A stretch of DNA of 64,000 bases from contig CAZEEI010000002.1 in assembly GCA_964511175.1 (NCBI GenBank), positions 2,063 to 66,062 of the forward strand, in the 5' to 3' direction. Positions within the stretch are counted from its first letter, which is position 1; every line of letters starts with the position of its first letter. The notes under the pieces are model-generated. The model had not been told where the DNA came from. It was given only the letters and a program-made list of their open reading frames with translations, and ran no database searches. Shown piece by piece: positions 48,004 through 57,827 of the stretch. The DNA is from an uncultured Pseudomonadales bacterium (GTDB lineage Bacteria > Patescibacteriota > Microgenomatia > UBA1400 > UBA1396). The position numbers were made by a program, and so were the translations under genes.

Positions 48004-48591
48004 ATGGATATTTTAATGATAATTTTAGTTCTAGCCGTGGCTTTAGCTTTTTACGTGGTTTTGGTTTACAACGGTCTGCAAACTTTACTGACCCAAATTG
48101 AAGCCGCCATCCAGGAGATTGGCAACCAGCTCAAACGACAGGCCAGCCTGATTCCTAATCTGGAAACTTCGGTTAAATCCTACCTCAAACATGAAAAGGA
48201 TATTTTTACACTGCTAAGCGAAGTGCGCCGCAACGTGGCTGATGCCGCCGCCAAGACAAATACTAAATCTTTGGATAAGGTTGAACAAAGTTTGCAGCAA
48301 ATTATTCCCAAACTGCAGGTGGTAGTCGAAGATAATCCGGAACTGAAGGCTAACGAAACAATCCAACAATTTATGGCCGAGCTGCGTGATACCGCTGACA
48401 AGTTAATGTATTCCCGCCGCGCGGTGATTGATTTAAGCCAGGTGTTTAATCAAAAGCTGATGACTTTTCCTTCTAATCTAGTGGCGAAAGTCTTTGGTTT
48501 TCAAAAACAAGTTGGCTTGGCGACTCCTCTAACCGGTTCACACTTGTCGGTTTCCACTGCCGAAATGCAGGAACCTAAAGTAGAACTATAA
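48004..48591 (+). CDS. lemA: LemA family protein
   Basis: N-terminal TM, YNGL, QLKRQASLIPNL, PELKAN, FPSNLVAKVFGF. Confidence 0.92.
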   Translation: MDILMIILVLAVALAFYVVLVYNGLQTLLTQIEAAIQEIGNQLKRQASLIPNLETSVKSYLKHEKDIFTLLSEVRRNVADAAAKTNTKSLDKVEQSLQQIIPKLQVVVEDNPELKANETIQQFMAELRDTADKLMYSRRAVIDLSQVFNQKLMTFPSNLVAKVFGFQKQVGLATPLTGSHLSVSTAEMQEPKVEL

Positions 48592-48598
48592 TGTAGGC

Positions 48599-49495
48599 AT
48601 GTCGGTTTACGCCGCTATTGCGGCTAACAAGCGTCAGTCGTGGTTAGTGGTGGGGAGTTTTTTCCTATTTGTCTCATTAGTGTTGTATGTTTTCCTGACT
48701 ATTTTTGGTTATGACGCGGCGACGATTGGTTTCTTCTTTATTTTGAGTGGTATTAGTTCGTGGGTGGGTTACTGGCAGTCAGATAGGATTATTTTGGGAC
48801 TGAGCGGCGCGCGGCCAGCCAGCCGTCAGCGGGATTTTCATTTTTATACTGTCACGGAAAATCTTTGCCTGGCCGCGCGCCTGCCTTTACCCAAACTCTA
48901 CGTCATCGAGGACACAGCGATGAACGCTTTTGCCACTGGTCGTGACCCAGAACATGCTGCCGTTTGCGCCACCACCGGTCTTTTGGATAGTCTGGACCGT
49001 ACCGAACTGGAAGGAGTGATTGCCCACGAGCTGTCGCACGTCCAAAATTACGATATTCGGCTGATGTCAGTAGTGGCAGTATTGGTTGGCCTAATTGCTT
49101 TGTTAGCTGATTTTTTCCTTCGCTGGGGTGGGGTTGGCCGCCGCCGCAGTAGAGACGATAATTCGAACGGCGCCGTCTTAGTGATTATCGGGGTGGGGCT
49201 AGCTCTATTGTCGCCACTAATTGCCCAGCTGATCCAGTTGGCCATTTCCCGCAACCGGGAGTTTTTGGCTGACGCCAGTGCTGTTAAATTAACCCGTCAT
49301 CCGGATGGTTTGGCGCGCGCTTTGTCTAAATTAAGCCAAGACCGCGAACCGCTGGAGGCAGCTAACAAGGCCACCGCCCATTTATATATTGTGAATCCGC
49401 TGCAGAATCACCACGACGCAGTTGGGTGGTTTGCCGGATTATTTGCGACTCACCCGCCGATTGTGGAACGTGTGGCGCGTTTGCAGGCGATGTGA
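48599..49495 (+). CDS. htpX: M48 family zinc metalloprotease HtpX
   Basis: NAFATGRDP, HELSH, SRNREFLAD, THPPIVERV. Confidence 0.93.
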   Translation: MSVYAAIAANKRQSWLVVGSFFLFVSLVLYVFLTIFGYDAATIGFFFILSGISSWVGYWQSDRIILGLSGARPASRQRDFHFYTVTENLCLAARLPLPKLYVIEDTAMNAFATGRDPEHAAVCATTGLLDSLDRTELEGVIAHELSHVQNYDIRLMSVVAVLVGLIALLADFFLRWGGVGRRRSRDDNSNGAVLVIIGVGLALLSPLIAQLIQLAISRNREFLADASAVKLTRHPDGLARALSKLSQDREPLEAANKATAHLYIVNPLQNHHDAVGWFAGLFATHPPIVERVARLQAM

Positions 49496-49540
49496 TGGGT
49501 AATATTTTGACTTTTGCTCGATAATCAATAGAATGTCAGC

Positions 49541-50035
49541 ATGGCTACTATTGTGCGTGGCAGACAAACGGAAAAGATTCGCCCAGCAACCGGTTGGCAT
49601 CCTGATTTAGATCCACCACCTTTTGCCAATAATGCGGCGGCACGCCAGGCGGCAATTAGTTTCATTGGTAGTATCACCGATATTCCCTCTTTCAATTATC
49701 CTTTTCCTTACGATATTCATTCATTAGGGAAACACACTTTTCTAACACCAGAGGATATTTTGCCAGACGTGAGTATTCGTCAGCGTTTTGCCGCGATTAA
49801 ATTATCCGAAATTAAGCAAGGTGATAAAGTAATCGGTCATAACATTAAATTGCAGTACAGTCCCTACTTTGGGGGAATACAATTTGTGATCAATATTCGC
49901 TATGATGCTCACCCCAATGGTCCAAGCGAGTGGCGATTTGGTATTGTTGAATCCTGGGATGTACGCATTAGTAGTTCCGGTAAACAGCTTACTAAAGCAG
50001 GTGTGGGCCAGCATTTTGTAGTTCAGAGATCGTAA
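49541..50035 (+). CDS. Hypothetical protein
   Basis: 164-aa ORF with TTGACT-N16-TAGAAT promoter ending 6 nt before ATG. Confidence 0.6.
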   Translation: MATIVRGRQTEKIRPATGWHPDLDPPPFANNAAARQAAISFIGSITDIPSFNYPFPYDIHSLGKHTFLTPEDILPDVSIRQRFAAIKLSEIKQGDKVIGHNIKLQYSPYFGGIQFVINIRYDAHPNGPSEWRFGIVESWDVRISSSGKQLTKAGVGQHFVVQRS

Positions 50036-50037
50036 AT

Positions 50038-50064
50038 CTATCACTCCTCTTGATCGATTGCTAG
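50038..50064. promoter_or_regulatory. CIRCE-like operator (HrcA site) overlapping the clpB promoter
   Basis: CTATCACTC-N9-GATTGCTAG versus consensus TTAGCACTC-N9-GAGTGCTAA; overlaps TTGATC-N17-TACAAT. Confidence 0.7.
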
Positions 50065-50086
50065 ACTCGTTTTACAATGGCTAGGT

Positions 50087-52231
50087 ATGGACATGTATCC
50101 CGCGCCAGAAGAAAAAAAACTGGCGGATTTCACCACCGATATTACCGCTTTGGCTAAAGAGGGCAAACTTGATCCAGTAATTGGCCGGGAAGCCGAAATC
50201 CGCCGGATTATTCAAGTTTTGTCCCGCCGCACCAAGAATAACCCAGTCTTGGTAGGTGAACCAGGTGTTGGTAAAACGGCGGTAGTAGAAGGTTTGGCTC
50301 AACGAATTATCAACGACGATGTGCCTAGTTCCTTGCGCGGTAAGCGGATCTTGTCACTGGAAATGGCTTCGGTACTAGCTGGTGCCAAATTTCGCGGCGA
50401 GTTTGAGGAACGGCTGAAGAAAGTTATTGAAGAAGTAGTGGGTTCGGATGGCCAAATTATCCTGTTTATTGATGAGCTGCATACCATTGTGGGCGCCGGC
50501 GGGGCGGAGGGGGCAGTGGACGCCGGGAATATGCTCAAGCCGGCGCTGGCGCGGGGTCAATTACGGCTAATTGGTTCGACTACTCTTAATGAGTATCGTT
50601 TGCATATCGAAAAAGATTCGGCCTTGGAGCGGCGTTTCCAACCAGTGTTTATCGAACCGCCTTCGGTGGAGGATACCATCTCTATTCTGCGCGGCCTGAA
50701 GGAGCGTTACGAACTACATCACGGTGTGCGGATTACTGATGATGCCCTCGTAGCGGCCGCTCAACTTTCCGACCGTTATATTCCAGCGCGTTTTTTGCCG
50801 GATAAAGCCATCGACTTAGTCGACGAAGCTGCCTCTGCCTTGAAGATTGAGACCGAGTCTGATCCAGCGGAAATCGATTCGCTCAAGCGCAAAAAAACCA
50901 AGCTGGAAATTGAAGAGAAAGCTCTAAAAAAAGAGTCTTCGGCGGAGGCTAAGCAGCGGCGTGAGGAAGTGCAGAGTGAGTTGACCGAACTGGTCGATCG
51001 GTTGAAAAAACTGCAGCAGCACTGGCGGGAACAAAAGGACTTGTTGCAAACTTTACAGTCGGCGCGCACACAGTTGGAAGGTAAGAAAGCAGAACTGGAA
51101 AAAGCCGAACGTAATGTTGAGCTGGAAAAGGCCGCCGAAATTAAGTACGGCCAGATTCCGGATTTGCAACAGCGCCTCGACCAGGCCCAGGCGGCTTGGA
51201 GCCAAATTCCGGCTAACGAACGTTTGCTCAAGGAAGAAGTAGCGGAAGAAGATATTGCCAAAGTGGTAGCCAAGTGGACCGGCGTGCCGGTGACTCAATT
51301 GGTTAAAAATGAGAGCGAGCGTCTTTTACATTTAGAAGAATCTTTGGCCAAACGGGTGGTGGGTCAAAGTGAGGCTTTGGAAGCGGTGGCCAGCGCCATT
51401 CGTCGTTCGCGAGTGGGGATTGCGGAACCCCACAAACCTTTAGCAACATTTTTGTTTTTGGGTCCAACCGGCGTTGGCAAAACGGAGACAGCGCGCGCTT
51501 TGGCTGAAGTCTTATTTGGTGACGAGCGGGCGATAGTGCGTCTGGACATGAGCGAGTATAGCGAGTCGCACACTGTGGCGCGGCTGATTGGTGCGCCACC
51601 TGGGTATATCGGTTTTGAGGCCGGCGGCCAATTAACGGAAGCGGTGCGGCGGCGGCCGTACGCAGTGATTTTGCTCGATGAAATGGAAAAGGCCGATCCA
51701 CAGATTTTTAACGTTTTTCTGCAAGTGTTAGACGACGGCCGCCTCACTGACGGCCAGGGTCGCACGGTCGACTTTACTAACACGGTGATTATTATGACCT
51801 CGAATGTTGGTTCGGAATTATTGCTGGCGCAAGCTTCGACTAAGGACGATAAAGGAGAACTTCAGGAGAAAATTTGGGATCGTTTGCGCGCTACTTTCAA
51901 GCCGGAATTTTTAAACCGCATCGACCATATCATTATGTATGAGCCCCTTTCGGCCGATCAGCTTAAACAGATTGTTGGTAAGCAACTGCAAGACGTTACC
52001 ACGATGCTTAAAACCCATAGAGTGAATCTGACCATCACGAGTGGCGCCCAGGATTGGTTAGCCGAAAATGGTTATGACCCGGCTTTTGGTGCCCGGCCGC
52101 TTAAACGCCTCATTCAGACAGAGATTCTCGATCAGGTGGCAATTAAAATGCTGGAACGGGAAGATGAGAATAAGCCCCTGTCACTGCAGGCCGATAAGGC
52201 TCCTAAGGGTGTTGGCTTAATATTAGCCTAA
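50087..52231 (+). CDS. clpB: Chaperone ClpB lacking the N-terminal Clp_N domain
   Basis: LDPVIGR, GEPGVGKT, coiled-coil M-domain (AAEIKYG), GPTGVGKT, GARPLKR. Confidence 0.95.
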   Translation: MDMYPAPEEKKLADFTTDITALAKEGKLDPVIGREAEIRRIIQVLSRRTKNNPVLVGEPGVGKTAVVEGLAQRIINDDVPSSLRGKRILSLEMASVLAGAKFRGEFEERLKKVIEEVVGSDGQIILFIDELHTIVGAGGAEGAVDAGNMLKPALARGQLRLIGSTTLNEYRLHIEKDSALERRFQPVFIEPPSVEDTISILRGLKERYELHHGVRITDDALVAAAQLSDRYIPARFLPDKAIDLVDEAASALKIETESDPAEIDSLKRKKTKLEIEEKALKKESSAEAKQRREEVQSELTELVDRLKKLQQHWREQKDLLQTLQSARTQLEGKKAELEKAERNVELEKAAEIKYGQIPDLQQRLDQAQAAWSQIPANERLLKEEVAEEDIAKVVAKWTGVPVTQLVKNESERLLHLEESLAKRVVGQSEALEAVASAIRRSRVGIAEPHKPLATFLFLGPTGVGKTETARALAEVLFGDERAIVRLDMSEYSESHTVARLIGAPPGYIGFEAGGQLTEAVRRRPYAVILLDEMEKADPQIFNVFLQVLDDGRLTDGQGRTVDFTNTVIIMTSNVGSELLLAQASTKDDKGELQEKIWDRLRATFKPEFLNRIDHIIMYEPLSADQLKQIVGKQLQDVTTMLKTHRVNLTITSGAQDWLAENGYDPAFGARPLKRLIQTEILDQVAIKMLEREDENKPLSLQADKAPKGVGLILA

Positions 52232-52339
52232 CAACGAACCTTAGCGAATAATTTCGACACCATCTATTTCTACCCCAAAATATATCATAATTACCTAAAT
52301 CGAGAATAATTTTGGCTGATTTTGTTATAATAATCTCTA

Positions 52340-53551
52340 ATGAAAAGTAGGGATTTGCTACAACCTGGCTTGAGTTCGGTTGATTTTTCTCTGGCTCGGA
52401 AATCCAATATTGATATTACCAGCTATGAACTGGCGTTGCCTCAAATAACAGGCCCCAATGTAGTTGAACAAGCCTTTAACGAAGAAAGTAACCGTGGATT
52501 ATTACGGGAAATACGTAAAAAGTTTGCCAGAGCCCAAAAATACGTAGTAATTTGTGGCGATTTCGGTTTAGGTGATGCCATTATACAGGCTCGTTATGCT
52601 CTACTTTTAGCCCAAAAAACTCACCGACCAGTGATTTGCCAAGTTCAGCCGGTTCTTTTGGACAGTTTAAAATTGAGTAGTCGAGCGACTAGTATTTCTT
52701 ATGTTGAGGTCGTTCCGCGAGATATTGTGTTGGATTCTGATACTTTTATCATTGATCTTGAATACTCCCTTACTAAAAATATGAGAGGGTGGGGAGAATC
52801 ATTAAATATGGATGATATTCGCAACATTAGGGACAAAGAGCGTTATTATGATGATGATTACCGCAGGCGATTTAATCTAGATTTAGCCTCAATATTAGAT
52901 AAATTTTTTATCAATACCCAGCAGGGAAACAATCGCACTGAAGCTAAATATGCTTTAGCGCTATTACTTTTAGGAGATATTAAATTAACCAGAAAAGAAA
53001 TAAAAGGTTCTTCTTTGACTGGTTTTTCTGCATCAGAAGTTAGGATTATACCCCAAGATTTAGATTTACTCATTGCTCCAGATGCCGGAGAAGTAGAGGT
53101 ATCTAAAGAGAATCGTTCGCGCAAATCTCTTGATTTAAAATCCTGGGAAAGGTTATTCGAAATTATGCCGACTCATTTCAAAATAGGTATTGTCCAAGGG
53201 ATATCTCACCCGCGGTATTGTCGACAAGTCGTTGATTTAGGTATTGGGCGGCAACTTAATATACAAATTATTCAGGGGAATTTACTGCATTTTGCCAAAC
53301 AAGTACTGCGAGCAAAGCATTTTGTAGGAGTCGACTCAGGAACGACTCATTTGGCTGTTGATGTTGTGCGCAGCGCCCGCCGCCACAAACGTGATATTAA
53401 AATTTGGGAGTTTTTTAATACCGGTTTTGTTTTACCCGAGGATAATGCCATCACCGAGGGAGTTGTGGCTGAAGCTAGTGTTTTCGGTAACAATGAGTGG
53501 GACTTTAAAGATCGGGATATAGAGAAATTTCAACAATGGTTGATGTCTTAA
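52340..53551 (+). CDS. Divergent GT9 (heptosyltransferase-like) GT-B protein
   Basis: GLGDAII and FVGVDSGTTHLA motifs; AT-rich relative to neighbours. Confidence 0.65.
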   Translation: MKSRDLLQPGLSSVDFSLARKSNIDITSYELALPQITGPNVVEQAFNEESNRGLLREIRKKFARAQKYVVICGDFGLGDAIIQARYALLLAQKTHRPVICQVQPVLLDSLKLSSRATSISYVEVVPRDIVLDSDTFIIDLEYSLTKNMRGWGESLNMDDIRNIRDKERYYDDDYRRRFNLDLASILDKFFINTQQGNNRTEAKYALALLLLGDIKLTRKEIKGSSLTGFSASEVRIIPQDLDLLIAPDAGEVEVSKENRSRKSLDLKSWERLFEIMPTHFKIGIVQGISHPRYCRQVVDLGIGRQLNIQIIQGNLLHFAKQVLRAKHFVGVDSGTTHLAVDVVRSARRHKRDIKIWEFFNTGFVLPEDNAITEGVVAEASVFGNNEWDFKDRDIEKFQQWLMS

Positions 53552-53581
53552 ATAATGTCGATGCGCTACAATGAAATGACT

Positions 53582-54682
53582 ATGGATAACGTTGATTTTC
53601 GTCCGCCCGCTTTATCGATTGCCGAAATAGGCATGATACTTGGTGATGAGGCCGCTAATTTGTTGGAGCATACTTGTCAGACCGTACGGCGAGAGGATTT
53701 GCACTTGCCTTCACCCCATTTTGTGGACGAAATTTGGGGCATTTCCGACCGCAGTGAAAAGGTGCGTAGTAATTTAACCCGCCTGTTCGAACACGGCCGT
53801 TTGGCTGGTACCGGTTATCTTTCGATTTTGCCGGTCGACCAAGGTGTGGAACATTCGGCTGGTGCGGCTTTTGCGGCTAATCCGATCTACTTCGATCCGG
53901 AAAATATTGTGCGTCTAGCCATCGAAGGTGGTTGTAACGGGGTAGCGTCTACGCTTGGTGTTCTGGGTGCCGTCAGTGGCCGTTATGCTAGCCAAATTCC
54001 CTTGATTGTTAAGTTAAATCATAATGAATTGTTGAGTTATCCCAATACCCACGATCAGACGATGTATGCCTCGGTGGAGCAGGCTTATGATCTGGGTGCG
54101 GTAGGAGTAGGGGCGACTATTTATTTTGGTTCACCCGAAAGTCGCCGGCAGATTTGGGAAGTGGGGCAGGCTTTTGCGCGAGCGCATGAACTAGGTTTAT
54201 TGACAATCTTGTGGTGTTACGTGCGCAATGAGGCCTTTGCTGTGGAAGGGGTTAATTATGAGACTTCGGCTGATCTGACTGGTCAGGCCAACTATCTGGG
54301 TGCGACGATCGAAGCCGATATTGTGAAGCAGAAACTACCGGAGTCAAACGGTGGTTTTAAAGCGCTAAACACTGGTGTTTCCAGTTACGGCAAACTGGAT
54401 GAGCGAATGTACACTGAGTTGGCCAGCAACCATCCGATTGATCTGTGTCGCTACCAGGTGCTAAATGGTTTTGCCGGCCGAGTGGGACTGATTAATTCGG
54501 GTGGCGCTTCCGGTGAGAACGACTTGGCGGCGGCGGTGCGGGCGGCGGTAATTAATAAACGAGCCGGTGGTATGGGTTTGATTAGTGGCCGCAAGGCTTT
54601 CCAAAAACCTCTTGATGAGGGTGTCACCCTGCTGCACGCAATTCAAGACGTTTATCTTTGTCCAGAAGTAACGGTGGCCTGA
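53582..54682 (+). CDS. fbaB: Class I fructose-bisphosphate aldolase
   Basis: [43 protein letters not shown]; upstream alternative starts from 53555. Confidence 0.95.
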   Translation: MDNVDFRPPALSIAEIGMILGDEAANLLEHTCQTVRREDLHLPSPHFVDEIWGISDRSEKVRSNLTRLFEHGRLAGTGYLSILPVDQGVEHSAGAAFAANPIYFDPENIVRLAIEGGCNGVASTLGVLGAVSGRYASQIPLIVKLNHNELLSYPNTHDQTMYASVEQAYDLGAVGVGATIYFGSPESRRQIWEVGQAFARAHELGLLTILWCYVRNEAFAVEGVNYETSADLTGQANYLGATIEADIVKQKLPESNGGFKALNTGVSSYGKLDERMYTELASNHPIDLCRYQVLNGFAGRVGLINSGGASGENDLAAAVRAAVINKRAGGMGLISGRKAFQKPLDEGVTLLHAIQDVYLCPEVTVA

Positions 54683-54740
54683 GGTAGAGGGGTCAGACCC
54701 ACCCCCTAGGTCAGACCTATGCCAGGGTCAGACCCCTACC
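54683..54740. repeat. Triplet of short palindromes GGTCAGACC (REP-like) at the fbaB/glyA convergent junction
   Basis: Cores at 54691, 54709 and 54726, bounded by GGTAG...CTACC. Confidence 0.75.
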
Positions 54741-56032
54741 GGAAATTGAGTACAAAGCTTTTTTACTTCCTGGCGAATAGTCTTTAATTCCTGACTGTTT
54801 TCCGCCCAAACCTGTGCTTCCTGTAACAACCGATGGCGCTCTTCTTTTCCTTGTGGCAGTACAAACTTTCGGCTTATCTTTTCGATATCGGCAATCCAAT
54901 CGGCGATTTGAATCATCTCCATTTGGCCCATGCCACGGGTAGTGACAGCGGGTGTTCCTAAGCGAACGCCAGAGGGGTAGAAGGGCGAATTAGGTTCGTT
55001 GGGCACGGTATTTTTGTTGGCATATAAGCCGGCTTGAGCCATGGCGTAAGCCAACTGGGTGCCACCGCCCCAGTCGCGTACATCGATAATCATGAGGTGA
55101 TTTTCCGTGCCGCCGCCAACCAGTGTCAAGCCTCTTTCTTGCAATCGGTTGGCCAGGGCAGCAGCGTTGGCGACAATTTGCTGAGCATATTGTTTAAAAT
55201 TTGGGCGGACCGCTTCCGCCAAAGCCACCGCGATGCCCGCGGTGGTATTATTGTGCGGCCCGCCCTGCAGTCCAGGAAAAACCGCACAATCAATTTTTTT
55301 ACCCAACTCAGGATCGCGCCTTAAACCTTTTTCTGTCACCAAAATCATGGCACCCCGTGGTCCGCGCAGAGTTTTGTGGGTAGTGGTCATCACCACGTGC
55401 GCGTACGGCACCGGCGAAGGATGTTGTCCGCCCACTACCAGTCCGGCAATATGGGAAATATCCGCTACCAGCCAAGCGCCCACCGCCTCAGCCACTTTAG
55501 CAAAACCGGCAAAGTCGAGGACAAACGGGTAGGCGGTTGTACCGATAATTATCAACTTCGGCTGAGTTTTTTCTGCCAACCCTAATAGCTCATTCAGATC
55601 AATTCGCGCATTTTCAGCGAGTCCGAACTGTGCCGAATGAAAATATTTGCCGCTAAAAGTAATTTTAGGATGTCCATGGGTTAAGTGGCCACCGCTAGCT
55701 AACTGTAGGCCCATAATCGTATCACCTGGTTCTAGTAAGGCCATCTCAATTGCCGCATTGGCCGGTGAGCCGCTATATGGTTGGACGTTAACGTGGGGAA
55801 CACCAAACAACTTTTTCGCCCGTTCGATGGCTAGCGTTTCAATTTCATCAATAAATTGGTTACCCTCATAATAGCGTCGGCGTGGATAACCCTCGGAATA
55901 TTTATTCATTAGACAAGAACCTACCGCTTGTTGAACTTCGGCTGAGGCGTAATTTTCGGAAGGAATCAGCTGAATAGCCGATGTTTGTCGATCAAGTTCC
56001 TGGGCAATAAGAGAAAAAATCTGATCAGACAT
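54728..56032 (-). CDS. glyA: Serine hydroxymethyltransferase
   Basis: LIPSENY, NKYSEGYP, GGHLTHG, TTTHKTLRGPRG, SGVRLGTPAVTTRG. Confidence 0.97.
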   Translation of the reverse strand: MSDQIFSLIAQELDRQTSAIQLIPSENYASAEVQQAVGSCLMNKYSEGYPRRRYYEGNQFIDEIETLAIERAKKLFGVPHVNVQPYSGSPANAAIEMALLEPGDTIMGLQLASGGHLTHGHPKITFSGKYFHSAQFGLAENARIDLNELLGLAEKTQPKLIIIGTTAYPFVLDFAGFAKVAEAVGAWLVADISHIAGLVVGGQHPSPVPYAHVVMTTTHKTLRGPRGAMILVTEKGLRRDPELGKKIDCAVFPGLQGGPHNNTTAGIAVALAEAVRPNFKQYAQQIVANAAALANRLQERGLTLVGGGTENHLMIIDVRDWGGGTQLAYAMAQAGLYANKNTVPNEPNSPFYPSGVRLGTPAVTTRGMGQMEMIQIADWIADIEKISRKFVLPQGKEERHRLLQEAQVWAENSQELKTIRQEVKKLCTQFPVGV

Positions 56033-56090
56033 AACACAGTTATCCTATATCAACTCTTGGCAGTTAGGAAGGGGAAAAAGAACTTAACTG

Positions 56091-56120
56091 AGGGGTCCGA
56101 TTCCCCTCGGGTCCACACCA
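56091..56120 (+). other. Orphan tRNA/tmRNA-like 3' fragment (T-arm + acceptor 3' strand)
   Basis: AGGGG-TCCGATT-CCCCT-CGGGTCC-A-CACCA with no matching 5' half nearby. Confidence 0.55.
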
Positions 56121-56143
56121 TATTTTGTAGTACAATTTAACCC

Positions 56144-56446
56144 ATGAGCAGCGACATCACCCCGGCCGTAGTGGCCCACATTGCCCTTCTGGCTAACCTT
56201 GATGTTTCCGCTCAAGAACAACAGGAATTTGCCCAGGCCTTTTCGGCTACTTTAGACGAGGTTGCTAAATTGAGCACAATCGACACTACCAACTTAGAGC
56301 CAACTAACCACGTTACCGGTTTAACCAACGTTTGGCGGGAGGACATAGTTGACTCCGAGCGATTAATTTCTCAGGAAAAAATTCTCAGCCAAGCGATTCA
56401 TAGTTTGCGCGGCTATGTAGTGGTTGATCGGGTACTAGAGGATTAG
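56144..56446 (+). CDS. gatC: Asp/Glu-tRNA amidotransferase subunit C
   Basis: VAHIALLANL, IDTTNLEPT, NVWRED; precedes gatA. Confidence 0.9.
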   Translation: MSSDITPAVVAHIALLANLDVSAQEQQEFAQAFSATLDEVAKLSTIDTTNLEPTNHVTGLTNVWREDIVDSERLISQEKILSQAIHSLRGYVVVDRVLED

Positions 56447-56447
56447 C

Positions 56448-57827
56448 ATGGACTTAAACCGCCTCACCATCACCCAAGCATTGTCCGGCCTGAAGCAGAA
56501 AAGGTTTTCGCCAACCGAATTACAGCAATCCGTACTCAACGCTATTAATGTTCGTAATCCGAAATTGAATGCCTATCTCAATTACCACTCTAGTGTACCG
56601 ACCGACTTTTCTGCCGGACCTCTAGCCGGTATACCCATCGCGGTCAAAGATAATTTTTTAACTACCGATTTAGTCACTACGGCCGCCTCGAATGTTTTGC
56701 GCGATTACCGGCCGCAGTATGAATCGACCGTGACCCACAAACTAAAGAAAGCGGGTGCTTGGATTGTGGGCAAGACTAATCTAGATGCTTGGGCGCACGG
56801 CTCCAGTACGGAAACTTCTGATTTTGGTCCCACCAAAAATCCCCACAATCCGGAATATATTCCCGGCGGCTCTTCTGGTGGCAGTGCCGCTGCCTTGGCG
56901 GCTGACCTTTGTACGGCGGCTATTGGTTCGGAGACATCAGGTTCAATTTTGGGTCCGGCGGCTTGGTGCGGGATAGTTGGCTTCAAACCGACTTATGGCC
57001 GCGTTTCGCGAGCCGGCGTAATTGCGATGGGTTCGTCCTTGGATTGTCCGGGGCCAATGACTAAAACCGTAACCGACGCTGCACTTTTGTTAGGAGTAGT
57101 GGCGGGACATGATCGCTACGATGGTACTTCTTCAGTTCGTGCCGTGCCGGACTATGTTTCCTCTCTGTCAGCGGGAATTAAAGGCAAAAAAATTGGTATC
57201 ATTTACGAAGATGTCTTGCCGGACGAAATGAAGTCGGTTTTAAGTTCGGCCGTAGCGGTGTTAAGACAACAAGGCGCTATAGTTGAGTCAGCTCAAGCCA
57301 TGAATCCGGAACCAGCCATTGGTATGTACGCCGTGCTACAGCGCAGTGAAGTGAGTTCAAACCTAGCGCGTTTTGACGGTATTCGTTATGGTCAGGGGCG
57401 GGATGCTTTCGGCACAGAGGCTAAACGGCGGATCATGCTGGGTACCTATACGCTTTCCAAAGGTTATGCCGACCGCTACTACATTCAAGCCCAAAAAGTG
57501 CGCACCGCTTTTGTTAATGATTTTCAGCGTTTATTTGCCCAGTATGATCTTTTGGTTTCACTAAGTATGCCCAGTTACGCTTGGCCGTTGGGTGAAAGCG
57601 CCAAACATCCCTTCTTTGGCGAGATGATCGACAAGCTGGCTGAACCGCGCGCCGCTGCTGGTTTGCCGGCAATCAACGTTCCTTGTTATCGCAACCCGGA
57701 GACTAATTTGCCATTGGGTCTAATGCTCGTTGCCCCGCAGTTTGCCGAAGCTAATTTATTGACCGCTGCCTATACTTACGAACAAGCCACTGACTGGAAC
57801 CCGTGGACCAAGCAGGAGGTAGCATGA
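56448..57827 (+). CDS. gatA: Asp/Glu-tRNA amidotransferase subunit A
   Basis: AVKDN, PGGSSGGSAA, SSNLARFDGIRYG, EAKRRIMLGTY. Confidence 0.95.
   Translation: MDLNRLTITQALSGLKQKRFSPTELQQSVLNAINVRNPKLNAYLNYHSSVPTDFSAGPLAGIPIAVKDNFLTTDLVTTAASNVLRDYRPQYESTVTHKLKKAGAWIVGKTNLDAWAHGSSTETSDFGPTKNPHNPEYIPGGSSGGSAAALAADLCTAAIGSETSGSILGPAAWCGIVGFKPTYGRVSRAGVIAMGSSLDCPGPMTKTVTDAALLLGVVAGHDRYDGTSSVRAVPDYVSSLSAGIKGKKIGIIYEDVLPDEMKSVLSSAVAVLRQQGAIVESAQAMNPEPAIGMYAVLQRSEVSSNLARFDGIRYGQGRDAFGTEAKRRIMLGTYTLSKGYADRYYIQAQKVRTAFVNDFQRLFAQYDLLVSLSMPSYAWPLGESAKHPFFGEMIDKLAEPRAAAGLPAINVPCYRNPETNLPLGLMLVAPQFAEANLLTAAYTYEQATDWNPWTKQEVA

Noticed and set aside
45307-56105. Genomic island bounded by the 13-bp direct repeat GGGTCCGATTCCC (tRNA-Thr and orphan fragment)
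   Set aside because: The interval holds core genes (tRNA-Asp, clpB, fbaB, glyA), has no integrase, and identity does not extend into the acceptor strand
56033-56120. ZTP or THF riboswitch upstream of glyA
   Set aside because: Conserved aptamer motifs not found on the minus strand
56448-57827. GatA inactivation (GSETSGSILGP instead of GSDTGGSIRQP)
   Set aside because: The Lys-Ser-Ser triad is retained and the operon is intact; likely lineage divergence
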